Source: Nitrospira sp. | GTDB taxonomy: Bacteria; Nitrospirota; Nitrospiria; Nitrospirales; Nitrospiraceae | Direction of reading: 5' to 3' | DNA length: 64,000 bases | Assembly: GCA_047150005.1 (NCBI GenBank) | Contig: AP038806.1 | Coordinates: forward strand, 192,001 to 256,000 | Shown: in pieces, positions 10,043-18,565 of the stretch | How positions within the stretch are numbered: position 1 is the first letter of the stretch | How the letters are laid out: each line of letters starts with the position of its first letter | The notes under the pieces: model-generated | The model's database searches: none | Told to the model about the DNA's origin: nothing | Seen by the model: only the letters and a program-made list of their open reading frames with translations | Position numbers and translations under genes: made by a program

Positions 10043-10333
10043 TTAACACTCTCTTCCCACTTTGACCAACGCCATTCGAAGGCTGTTATAGTCCACCCAC
10101 AATTCAGCCACCTTGTTTTTCAGCATGCGATTTTCCCGCTCGAGATCGCCGACACGTCCCGCCGTTTTCGCCGGTTGCCGATCGCCGAACTTATCCAACC
10201 ACAGGCTGAACGTACGCCGCGAGATCCCGTAGCGGGTACACACTTCCTTCGGCGTTGCGATGATGCCCTCCGCCACAATCCGCCGGCGATCCGTTTCCGT
10301 AAATGACGCTCGTTTTCTGGGTTTGTTGGCCAT
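10043..10333 (-). CDS. Stand-alone IS3-family OrfA-like HTH/leucine-zipper protein
   Basis: SFTETDRRRIV...EVCTRYGISRRTFSLWLDKF...LERENRMLKNKVAEL matches the IS3 OrfA pattern. No OrfB or IS ends seen. Confidence 0.7.
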   Translation of the reverse strand: MANKPRKRASFTETDRRRIVAEGIIATPKEVCTRYGISRRTFSLWLDKFGDRQPAKTAGRVGDLERENRMLKNKVAELWVDYNSLRMALVKVGREC

Positions 10334-10371
10334 CGAGCGAGTTCGACGAGGAGAGTGCGGAGCGAGGCCGG

Positions 10372-10932
10372 TTAGGCGAAGGAGAGTTCCCCGGCAGGTG
10401 TATCCAGCACGACTTCATCGGTGTCGATATGTACGAGTGCCGCCTGCTGGATCAGGTGAGCGCGGATGATGAGGCAGTTGTGGCTGCCTTTTCTGACCAT
10501 CTGTCCCCGGAGTCCCGCCAAAGGGCCGCGCACGACTCGAACCCATGTCCCTTCGATGAAGTACTCGCACGATTCCGCGTGACGTTGGCTCGTGCAGAGC
10601 TTCTGGATCGCCGCTAATTCTTCCTGAGGGATCGGCTCGGGGTTCAGACATCCGACGATGCGGACGACGCCCGGCGTTTGCAGGATTGCCAGTCGGTTCG
10701 CCAGCGAGAAACGCGCGAAGCAGTATCCGGAAAAGAGCGGCAGAACCGTCCACACCTTGCGGTCCGTCCATCGGCGAAGACTCTTCGTCAGAGGCAGCAA
10801 CGGCTCGACGCCGATGGCGCTGAGTCGATCGCGCACCTGCTTTTCATGGCGCGAATGTGTCTTCAGCGCAAACCACTGCGGTTCGGGAAGCACGTTGCAC
10901 TCATGAAGCGGTTGTTCGTGAGTCGTAAGCAC
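10372..10932 (-). CDS. NusG-paralog transcription antiterminator (UpxY/RfaH/LoaP type)
   Basis: WFALKTHSRHEKQV, PLFSGYCF, KOW motif VRVVRGPLAGLRG; first gene of the polysaccharide operon. Confidence 0.9.
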   Translation of the reverse strand: MLTTHEQPLHECNVLPEPQWFALKTHSRHEKQVRDRLSAIGVEPLLPLTKSLRRWTDRKVWTVLPLFSGYCFARFSLANRLAILQTPGVVRIVGCLNPEPIPQEELAAIQKLCTSQRHAESCEYFIEGTWVRVVRGPLAGLRGQMVRKGSHNCLIIRAHLIQQAALVHIDTDEVVLDTPAGELSFA

Positions 10933-11425
10933 AGCTTCGCCCCGTCAGTCCCATCCGGATGAGGCACTCTTCTACAAGATGTTCGACTGGCCACGCATCG
11001 GATGAATGTGCTTTTCTCGGACAAGCAGTAAGGAATCCTGTCGGCACATATGTGCCGGCTGTGGACGGCTGAAAAACCGTGCCAGACAGGCCTCCGTACA
11101 AAAGTGGACCGGCTCGGGCTGGTGGAATATTGCGGCTATTATTTTGTACTCCGAAACATTTCAGATACTTAATGGCCTTGACCCGAACTTCGCCTGGGCG
11201 ACGGGGATGGAGGGATGCTGAAACACGGTGATCACGTAACACGAACGAGACACTGCCGATACCCCCAAACCGGCCGCTCTTTTTATTTTCCCCCTCCTTA
11301 GGTAGGGCTAATATGCCCTAGAGACGTCTGGTATATTCGGCCCCGGACAGCGGCCGGATGCTTCGAACCTTATTCCCAAATTGAATTGCCCTCCGGGACT
11401 CAGCTGGTGTCCCGAGGACTCATCC

Positions 11426-12121
11426 ATGAACATTGGGAAACAGGGATCGAGCATCAAGGTCGTGATCGTGAGCAGCAATACCTTCTTGAGAGTGGGTCTG
11501 CATCGCACCTTCGATGCTCATCCCGGAATCGAAGTAGTGGGCGAATCTCACGCAGGTCCCTCCGCTCACGACCTGGTGCAGAGGACGCGTCCGGATCTCA
11601 TCGTCATCGATCTCGATCAGGATACGAGGCGGGTCGACTTCGTCACCATCTTCCGGCAATCCGTTCCGCATGCGCGCGTGGTCGTGCTGGCCGGCTGGGG
11701 TGACATGGAGTTGGGGCGGCAGGCGCTGGAAGTCGGCGCCGACGTGATCATGATGAAATGTCAGCCCGCATCGATTCTCCTGGCCATTCTGGAGAGCATG
11801 GCTCGCAATTACCCCACACCACCGAGCGCCACGCCGGCCCTCGCCGTCAGATCGGAGAGCGGTGAGAAGCCGCCGATCGGAAAGATGGTGCCCGTGCCGA
11901 GTCCGAAGACGGATTCCTTGACCGACCGCGAGCGAGCCGTGGTGGCGCTGGTCGGACGAGGCCTTTCCAATCGCGATATCGGAGAACGACTCTGCATTTC
12001 GGAGACGACGGTGCGTCATCATCTGACGAGCATCTTCGACAAACTGGGCGTCTCGAACCGCCAAAAGCTCCTTCTGCTCGCGCATCAGTGCGGACTGACC
12101 GAGATCACCGCCTCCGCCTGA
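11426..12121 (+). CDS. NarL/LuxR family response regulator with atypical receiver
   Basis: Receiver domain plus LTDRERAVVALVGRGLSNRDIGERLCISETTVRHHLTSIFDKLGV HTH. GAGGA precedes ATG 11426. Confidence 0.88.
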   Translation: MNIGKQGSSIKVVIVSSNTFLRVGLHRTFDAHPGIEVVGESHAGPSAHDLVQRTRPDLIVIDLDQDTRRVDFVTIFRQSVPHARVVVLAGWGDMELGRQALEVGADVIMMKCQPASILLAILESMARNYPTPPSATPALAVRSESGEKPPIGKMVPVPSPKTDSLTDRERAVVALVGRGLSNRDIGERLCISETTVRHHLTSIFDKLGVSNRQKLLLLAHQCGLTEITASA

Positions 12122-12140
12122 GGTCAGTTTCTTCTTGCGT

Positions 12141-12162
12141 CATGCCCGCGAAGGCGGGCATG
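12141..12162. terminator. GC-rich hairpin (terminator or REP-like)
   Basis: CATGCCCGC-GAAG-GCGGGCATG, perfect 9-bp stem about 20 nt after the LuxR stop; no U-tract. Confidence 0.5.
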
Positions 12163-12259
12163 GCAAACGGACCCACTACCAATTTTCGGCGGGATCTTGA
12201 TTTTCCCGTCGGTTTCTGCAAAAGTTCCCCCTCCTCAGAACCAATCCGCCATTAAGAGC

Positions 12260-12335
12260 GCCGAGGTAGCTCAGTTGGCAGAGCACAGCCCTGAAAAGGC
12301 TGGTGTCGACAGTTCGATTCTGTCCCTCGGCACCA
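12260..12335 (+). tRNA. tRNA-Phe (GAA)
   Basis: 76 nt; acceptor GCCGAGG/CCTCGGC, D-arm AGCTCAGTTGGCAGAGC, anticodon arm CAGCC-CTGAAAA-GGCTG, GTTCGATTC T-loop, encoded CCA. Confidence 0.97.
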
Positions 12336-12349
12336 CTTCTTTCAATGAG

Positions 12350-13441
12350 TTAGCCTGTTGTTTTTTTGGCTGGCTTGGTTTTGGAGGTGCCACTTGTGGC
12401 ACTTTCAAGCAGCGTCACAGCCCTTCTCATCGCGGACTTCCCACCGTGTGAGTAATCAAACGTCGTCCCCTTGACCCGGTGTCCCAACAAGATCTGACGA
12501 ATCTCATAAGGGACGTCTAGGTCCTGTAACCACGTCGCAAATGTATGTCGCAGATCATGGAAACGGAGATCCGTAATCTCCGCCAACGCGAGCATTCGGA
12601 GCCACAGGTGCTTAAAAGAGTTGGCGTCCTTCCATCGTGGGAAAACCCTGCCCTGTAGACTCCACGGACCAGCAGCTTTGATCGCCCCCACAGCTTTCCG
12701 ATTCAAGGGCACCATTTCAGGAACGCCCTTGATCCGCGACCCCGCCGGCGGAAACCATCACCACCCATCGTCCTGTTTTTTGAGATCGGCATAATCCATC
12801 AGGACGATTTTTGCTTCCCGAACCCCGGTATTTAACGCAATAGTGGCCAAAAGATTTACATGGTGGCGGGCCTCCTTATCCCGTTCGTTGGTTGTTCTTG
12901 AAACGGTCCCTTCCAAGGCCTGGAGCTCCGCAAGGGTGGCCACGCATTTCCGCTTCTGGTACTGAGGAGCGGGCATCTTTCGGAGCCGGTTACGGTCCAG
13001 GTACTCATAATCCACTGCGCTGTTACGCAAGGCGCTCAAGACCGCACATTCTCTTTCAATGGTTCCTTCGACAGCCCCCTCTTTACGCCGATGCTCAATG
13101 TACGCAAGGCCATGGTCCATCCTCATAGAGCGAAGCGTGAGCGGTCCAAACCCGGGGATGAGGTGACAGCGCAACGCCGAGTCATTCCGTTTAGCAGCAG
13201 CCTGGTACTTAATATTCAGGTGCTTTAAATAAATTGGCGCAAAATCATTAAAAGTCACCTGCGGGCGGGCGGCCTCATCCACCATCCGATAGATTTCGGC
13301 GATCGCTTCATTCGTCAGACGCTTTTCCTCATCCCCCGTCAGGTTGATTCCCTTTAACCGAACGCGGTACCTATTCCGGCCGTACCAATACGTCAGGAGT
13401 GACTTCGTTCCCACCCTGGATTTCACGTGCTTGATATTCAC
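12350..13441 (-). pseudogene. Tyrosine integrase interrupted by one in-frame TGA (12758-12760)
   Basis: The two track ORFs share a frame: ...QDDGW*WFPPAGSRIKGVPEMVPLN... Catalytic motifs TGVR, FHDLRH, LLGH and the terminal Tyr (TTFDY) are present. Confidence 0.85.
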
Positions 13442-13659
13442 CGCGACACCCTGATCCGAAACATGGGGCCTGCCCTCCTCGCCTTCAACTTGTTCTCTTC
13501 AAGCTCTGTTTGTCTCCGTAACCACGCCTCTAACTCTTCTTTAACGAACCGCACGAGCCGGCCGGCATACACGCGGGGAATCGACTTGTTGTTGTAGACC
13601 GAATTGGGATTCTTGAATTTGAGGAAGGCCGCGGCCTCCGCAACCATCAACAAGGTCAT
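13438..13659 (-). CDS. Excisionase-like HTH protein
   Basis: LLMVAEAAAFLK...VY...IP...GRLVRFVKEELEAWL; GTGA overlap with the integrase start. Confidence 0.75.
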   Translation of the reverse strand: MTLLMVAEAAAFLKFKNPNSVYNNKSIPRVYAGRLVRFVKEELEAWLRRQTELEENKLKARRAGPMFRIRVSR

Positions 13660-13667
13660 GGCGAGCC

Positions 13668-13940
13668 CTATCCCCTTTCCTGACGCTCAGGCTTTTGGGT
13701 GTGAAATGGCCGAAGCTTTTCACTGAACCGTTGAGCCAGTTTTTGCTTCGCCTTATTGAAGACGATTTTCATCGCCTCCACGTCCTGATGCATCATCGCC
13801 ATGTCGGTAATCATCGTCGCTCGAATGTACTCCGAAACGCTCCACCCTTCCTGTGCTGCATACTTTTCCAAGAGTGCTTTTTCCTTCGGCGACACGCGAA
13901 CCACGATATTGACTGTCAAGATATCTGTTTCAGCTTTCAT
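13668..13940 (-). CDS. Ribbon-helix-helix DNA-binding protein (DUF1778/MobC-like)
   Basis: NIVVRVSPKEKALLEKYAAQEGWSVSEYIR; SD GGAGG. Confidence 0.75.
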   Translation of the reverse strand: MKAETDILTVNIVVRVSPKEKALLEKYAAQEGWSVSEYIRATMITDMAMMHQDVEAMKIVFNKAKQKLAQRFSEKLRPFHTQKPERQERG

Positions 13941-13948
13941 GCAGCCTC

Positions 13949-13997
13949 CATGTTATGCTGACAGCATCACTGTCATGCTTTAGGCATAACATGTCAA
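13949..13997 (-). promoter_or_regulatory. Putative promoter overlapped by nested inverted repeats (operator)
   Basis: TTGACA on minus at 13997-13992; CATGTTATGC (13949-58)/GCATAACATG (13984-93) enclosing TGACAG-N5-CTGTCA. Confidence 0.55.
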
Positions 13998-14039
13998 GCC
14001 CAGGATAAGGCGCCGGCCGAATGAATTTCCAACTGGAAT

Positions 14040-14261
14040 TTAAAGGTCGTTGAACGAGTCTATGGAGAGGTTTGCCTGGCGGATTAGCTTTCGCAATAGC
14101 CCGATCCCAAGCTCGTCATGTTGAGGGATTGACAGGGTGTAATCATACCCGGGCTTCACCATCATGACATGGGACCCACGCTGCCGGGCCACCGTCCACC
14201 CTGCTCGCTGGAATTTTCTGACAGCTTCGGCCCCAGAACAGAGCTGAAGCGAAGGGGCCAT
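14040..14261 (-). CDS. hicA: HicA family toxin
   Basis: GWTVARQRGSHVMM...SIPQH...GLLRKLIRQA. Confidence 0.88.
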   Translation of the reverse strand: MAPSLQLCSGAEAVRKFQRAGWTVARQRGSHVMMVKPGYDYTLSIPQHDELGIGLLRKLIRQANLSIDSFNDL

Positions 14262-14461
14262 TAAACCACGACCTCAATACTATGGGCCGGGTCGAAGGTC
14301 TGTTTCGATTCCATCACCTCAAGCCACCCCTCGATAGCTTCCTTGACGTTCGCTAAGGCTTCATCACGGGTTTTGCCTTGAGACAAACAACCGGGGAGAG
14401 CTGGAACCTCTGCTACATAGTAACCAGTCTCATCCTTTTCAATGACAACGTGAAGTTTCAT
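14261..14461 (-). CDS. hicB: Short HicB family antitoxin
   Basis: YVAEVPALPGCLSQGKTRDEALANVKEAIEGWL; TAATG overlap with hicA. Confidence 0.88.
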   Translation of the reverse strand: MKLHVVIEKDETGYYVAEVPALPGCLSQGKTRDEALANVKEAIEGWLEVMESKQTFDPAHSIEVVV

Positions 14462-14480
14462 AGTGCCTTTTTCATCCGGG

Positions 14481-15203
14481 TCAATAGCAGTCGGTGTGAA
14501 CCACTCCGCCGATCACTTTACTTGTGCAGGAGACAGGTGGAGACCGCGGCGCAACCGGCATTCCCAGACCAGGCTGAACCGGTTTCACCACGACGGGGAG
14601 CTTGGAAACCGACAGTGACACGGACGGTTGAACCTGTCCGCCTTCCGCACCCTGACCCAGGAGGGAGAATTCGTGTTCGTACGGGCGCTGTTGCTCAATC
14701 GCCCGGGTCTGCTCTCTCGTTTCAATACGCGCCACGGCTCGCTTCGCGCGAACTGCCGGCTGATCACCCGCAAACTCGTCAGGGTGACCGAGCCGAAGGA
14801 GTTCCGCTTCGATCCCATCGAGACAGCGACGAGCAGTCGCCGGGTACGGTGCCCGCTGACAGGCTGCGGTTCTGATGCCTCTCAGCCATGCTTCCTGATC
14901 GGTCCTGGTCCACAGGCGGCGGAGCTCATCGGCTCCCTTCGCTCGGGCCAGCTCGATACGGAAATTGTCATCACGCGTCAAATGATCTCCGCGGAGCTTG
15001 GCTAACGCACCGTCGAGCGCGAGCACACATCCCTTCCGGCTCTCAGGTCCCGGAAGCCGAGTGCAGGTTTCCATCATAGGGCCGCGGAGCCATGTTCGTG
15101 TTGCCGCCACATCCTGCACATTGCGTTCTGCCGGGGTAGGCGGGCCCCCTGCACACCCGGTGATGGCGGCAAACCCGAGGACAATACCAAGGCCTCGTCT
15201 CAT
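14481..15203 (-). CDS. Hypothetical lipoprotein
   Basis: SD AGGAGGG; lipobox ITGC; several paired Cys. Confidence 0.6.
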   Translation of the reverse strand: MRRGLGIVLGFAAITGCAGGPPTPAERNVQDVAATRTWLRGPMMETCTRLPGPESRKGCVLALDGALAKLRGDHLTRDDNFRIELARAKGADELRRLWTRTDQEAWLRGIRTAACQRAPYPATARRCLDGIEAELLRLGHPDEFAGDQPAVRAKRAVARIETREQTRAIEQQRPYEHEFSLLGQGAEGGQVQPSVSLSVSKLPVVVKPVQPGLGMPVAPRSPPVSCTSKVIGGVVHTDCY

Positions 15204-15371
15204 GCTGTTCCCTCCTAATATGCCGACGGGAACCAGATGCAGGTGAGCCCATCTTACGCCTGATTCCAGTGAGATTGCGAGTCACAATTGGCCGGAGTAG
15301 GTCTAAGGAGAAGGTCCCAGTCGGGTGTTGTGAGGACGCCGTGATGGCGTCTTCCAGATGTGTCAGAGGAG

Positions 15372-16175
15372 TTACTGTTTCGGAAGCCGCTGTAGGACGT
15401 GGGCGGCAATGGCGACCGTGGAGGCGACGTTGAGCGACTCCATGCGCCGGCTCAATGGAATCGTCACGCGACGGATGGCGAGTGTCTTCGTTTCCTCGGA
15501 GAGCCCCTGTCCCTCGCTGCCGACAGCCAGAATCAAGCGCGGCGGCACATGCTCGATCTTATCCAAATCCACCACGTCCGGCCCACCGACCTCGGCGGCA
15601 AACAGACAACAGCCCCGACGCACCAACGGCGACGCCGAGCCGGTTACGAACACCGGCAGGCAGAGCAGCCCTCCGCTCGTCGCCCGGACGACCTTGGGAT
15701 GGTATCGATCCGCCGAGTCGGGCGTCAGCCACAGGGCGCTCACGCCGAGAGCCGCGGCGGTCCGAATGATCGTGCCGACGTTCAGCGGGTCCTGGATCCC
15801 TTCCCCATAGATGCCGAATAGCGTCGGACGGTCGAGCATCTCCGCTTCGTTCCATTCTGGCCGGACGGCGATTGCAAGAATGCCCTGGGTGGTGTTGAGG
15901 TCGGACAGTCCGGCAAAGACACGTTCCGGACAGCTATAAGAAAGGCATGCCGCGGCGACGCGGAGCCGGCGGTCGCGCGGTTGTTCCCGTTCGCGATAGC
16001 CGGGCGTCGTCACGACGGAACGGACGAGCGAAGGATGATGGGCGAGGAGATCCCGCACCGCCTTGGCGCCTTCGATCACGAAGACGCCGTCGGCCTCTCG
16101 AGCGTGTTTATCCCGGATGAGCTCTCGAATGTGCGCGGTCTGCGCGCGGGTCAGTGGAGAGTCGGCGGAGGACAC
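15372..16175 (-). CDS. TrmH/SpoU family RNA 2'-O-methyltransferase
   Basis: IQDPLNVGTIIRTA, GSEGQGLS, MESLNVAS. Start uncertain (GTG 16175 or 16238). Confidence 0.88.
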   Translation of the reverse strand: MSSADSPLTRAQTAHIRELIRDKHAREADGVFVIEGAKAVRDLLAHHPSLVRSVVTTPGYREREQPRDRRLRVAAACLSYSCPERVFAGLSDLNTTQGILAIAVRPEWNEAEMLDRPTLFGIYGEGIQDPLNVGTIIRTAAALGVSALWLTPDSADRYHPKVVRATSGGLLCLPVFVTGSASPLVRRGCCLFAAEVGGPDVVDLDKIEHVPPRLILAVGSEGQGLSEETKTLAIRRVTIPLSRRMESLNVASTVAIAAHVLQRLPKQ

Positions 16176-16200
16176 CCGATGTCGCCGTACGGCGCGGCGC

Positions 16201-16515
16201 TCAGCGGCGCTTCCGCCCCGAGGCTGCCTCTGCGGCACGGATGCGCTGCGCGCGGGCTTTGGCCCGCTTCAAGGCGGTCAGCTTGCCGCGCGTGCGGTCG
16301 TCTTCATGCTGCAACTGTTCGAGCTGCGACTTGAGGTGAGCTTTCTCCTGGCGATGGAGGGTCGCGCACTCTTCCTTCGACAGTTGGATCCAATCTCCGC
16401 CGGTTCTGGCTCTCTTGATTCGCTGCTCTAACGATTCGCGAAGCTGTTTCGACCTCATGGACAACAGGGATTTCAACGCTTGACGGCGGCGCTGAACCTC
16501 TTCTTCTTCGGCCAT
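16201..16515 (-). CDS. Hypothetical coiled-coil protein
   Basis: Charged heptad-rich ORF MAEEEEVQRRRQ...; alternative start 16542. Confidence 0.6.
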   Translation of the reverse strand: MAEEEEVQRRRQALKSLLSMRSKQLRESLEQRIKRARTGGDWIQLSKEECATLHRQEKAHLKSQLEQLQHEDDRTRGKLTALKRAKARAQRIRAAEAASGRKRR

Positions 16516-16714
16516 GATTCCCCGGATATCTGTTCCCAACATGGCTTCCTCCTCACCGCGACGAAATGGATGACGTGCCCGTCATTGTACCCGATTTGGA
16601 GGCTCGTCTGCCACTGCTGGATGGGCCGAAACGCCCTGAAATCCCGGTCTCTACCTAGGAAATGGCCTAGGAGGCGCGGTTGCGGGAACCGGTCCATTTG
16701 AGTATGATTCCGCC

Positions 16715-17170
16715 ATGGCGGTCGGCGCATATATTCAGGCCTGGAGAGCAGCCCGCGGCCACTCGCTCGAAGCCCTGGCCGCCGAAGCGCAAATCGACGC
16801 CTATGCCCTTGAAAAGATTGAGTCCGACGAGGTCGACCCCGGCCTCTCAACCCTGGAAGCCCTGGCGGAAGCGCTCAAGATTCCGGTGGCGTGGCTCTTT
16901 ACCCATCCCACCAGCTTCCAACATCTCTTTGCGGATGACGAGGGTGCAGAGGTTCCTCCCGGTGCGGACCCGGTAACCGAACGGATCCTCTCAGGCTCCC
17001 GCATGGACCGGTCCCTCTTCATCCTCTTGACGACCCTCATCCAAAGCGCGGAACCGAAGCTGCTCCGGGCCGCCGAGATGAGCCTGCGGAGCCTGGTCAA
17101 ACAGTCGAAGCAGGCGACAGTTCCCTGGCAAAACAGGCCTTCCGGACACTTTGAACCACCAAGCGACTAA
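16715..17170 (+). CDS. XRE-family HTH transcriptional regulator
   Basis: IQAWRAARGHSLEALA...LEKIESDEVDPGLSTLEALAEAL. Confidence 0.82.
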   Translation: MAVGAYIQAWRAARGHSLEALAAEAQIDAYALEKIESDEVDPGLSTLEALAEALKIPVAWLFTHPTSFQHLFADDEGAEVPPGADPVTERILSGSRMDRSLFILLTTLIQSAEPKLLRAAEMSLRSLVKQSKQATVPWQNRPSGHFEPPSD

Positions 17171-17175
17171 GAAGA

Positions 17176-17224
17176 CGAATGTTGAAGTTCGAAACTCGAA
17201 ATTCGAGCTTCGAATTTCGTATTT
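17176..17224. repeat. Seven degenerate 7-bp tandem units (consensus CGAAWTT)
   Basis: CGAATGT TGAAGTT CGAAACT CGAAATT CGAGCTT CGAATTT CGTATTT; self-complementary; between convergent genes. Confidence 0.7.
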
Positions 17225-17231
17225 TCCGATT

Positions 17232-18425
17232 CTATAGCACTTGCATGATGCAGCACTTCAAGTAGCGGGTCTCGGGCATTGAAGCAAGAATCGGATGGTC
17301 GTCCGCTTGTCCCCTCTGTGCCAGCAACCGCACCTCACGCCCGGCATCTCTGGCCGCCCCACGGATGGTCTGCCAGAAGTCCTGCTCCGACACATGGTGT
17401 GAACAGGAGCTCGAGACCAGGAACCCCTCCGGTTTCGTCAATCGTAGACCCAGAAGATTGACGTCCTTGTAGCCGGCCAGCGCTCGAGGCACCGCCTGCC
17501 GGCTTCTCGCAAACGCGGGCGGGTCCAGCAACACCAAATCGTAGCGGCGTCCCGACCGTTCCAGCCGGCGCATCTCTTCAAAGGCGTCGGCTTGCCGGTA
17601 CGTACACCGGTCCTCAACCTGGTTCAGGGCGGCATGACGTCGCGCGGAGGCAAGCGCCTCCTCCCCGACGTCTACCCCCTCCACGGAGGCGGCGCCGGCC
17701 AGCGCCGCATGGATGCCGAAGGCCCCGGTATGACAGAAGACCTCCAGCACGTCGGCCTTCAGCGCGAGCATGGCCGCTTCAAGGCGGTTTTGCCGTTGAT
17801 CGCAGAACCATCCGGTCTTCTGGCCGCGCGCGAAATCCACGACGAACCGGCCCCGCCCTTCATGCACCTCGACGGTCGTGGCTCCGCCGCCCTTGAGAAA
17901 TCCGGTCTCCACAGGCAATCCTTCGAGCGCCCGGCTTTTGGCGTCGTTCCGCAGGAAGACGCGCGTGGCTCCGCTCTCTTCGCACAACAGCTCAGCCAAC
18001 CGTTCCTTGCGCCGATCCATGCCGGCGGAGAGCGTTTGGAGCACCAGCACGTCTCCGTAGCGATCGGCGATCAGCCCGGGCAAAAAATCCGCTTCGCCGT
18101 AGATCAGCCGATAGGCATCCGTACCGGATACGAGCCGCTTCCGCAGCCGGACGGCTCTCGCGATCCGTTCTCGCCAGAATGCGTCATCGACCGGTTCATC
18201 CTGGAACGTGAGAATCCGTACGCGGATTTTCGAGGCGGGATTGTAGAGACCTCTCGCGTAGAACCGGCCGTCCGGCCGCACGACGTCGACGAGGTCACCA
18301 GCTGCGGCCTCGCCGCTTGCGGGTTGGACAAACCCGGCATAGATCCAATAGTGGCCGCCCTCCGATTGCTCGTGCCTCCGTGCGAGCATGAGTGTCGTCA
18401 CCGGCGGTTCGCGTGAAATCGTCAT
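17232..18425 (-). CDS. RlmI-like 23S rRNA m5C methyltransferase
   Basis: PUA domain, GEADFLPGLIADRY, GQKTGWFCDQR, LDPPAFA, SSCS, PETRYLK. Confidence 0.9.
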   Translation of the reverse strand: MTISREPPVTTLMLARRHEQSEGGHYWIYAGFVQPASGEAAAGDLVDVVRPDGRFYARGLYNPASKIRVRILTFQDEPVDDAFWRERIARAVRLRKRLVSGTDAYRLIYGEADFLPGLIADRYGDVLVLQTLSAGMDRRKERLAELLCEESGATRVFLRNDAKSRALEGLPVETGFLKGGGATTVEVHEGRGRFVVDFARGQKTGWFCDQRQNRLEAAMLALKADVLEVFCHTGAFGIHAALAGAASVEGVDVGEEALASARRHAALNQVEDRCTYRQADAFEEMRRLERSGRRYDLVLLDPPAFARSRQAVPRALAGYKDVNLLGLRLTKPEGFLVSSSCSHHVSEQDFWQTIRGAARDAGREVRLLAQRGQADDHPILASMPETRYLKCCIMQVL

Positions 18426-18565
18426 GACCTACTTATCGGACGGCGGGCGCGCCGCGTCAAGCCCTCGAGCGCCGACGTTCAACTTGACGATTGCCCGGCG
18501 CTATGGTTTCCTGCAGGCAGGCGCGCCAATTGTTCACGACACAACGCGTATCCGAGACACACGAC

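Larger units (their letters stand above)
12336..14461. mobile_element. Degenerate integrative element at tRNA-Phe
   Basis: Integrase ends 14 nt from the tRNA 3' end, followed by excisionase, RHH gene and hicBA; AT-richer than the flanks. Right boundary uncertain (could extend to about 15300); no second att copy seen. Confidence 0.7.

Noticed and set aside
12716..12760. Selenocysteine recoding of the integrase TGA
   Set aside because: Trp-rich context, non-catalytic position and no convincing SECIS; a nonsense mutation is simpler.
14462..15371. Second att copy of the tRNA-Phe 3' end
   Set aside because: No CTCGGCACCA-like repeat found by eye, so the right boundary remains undefined.
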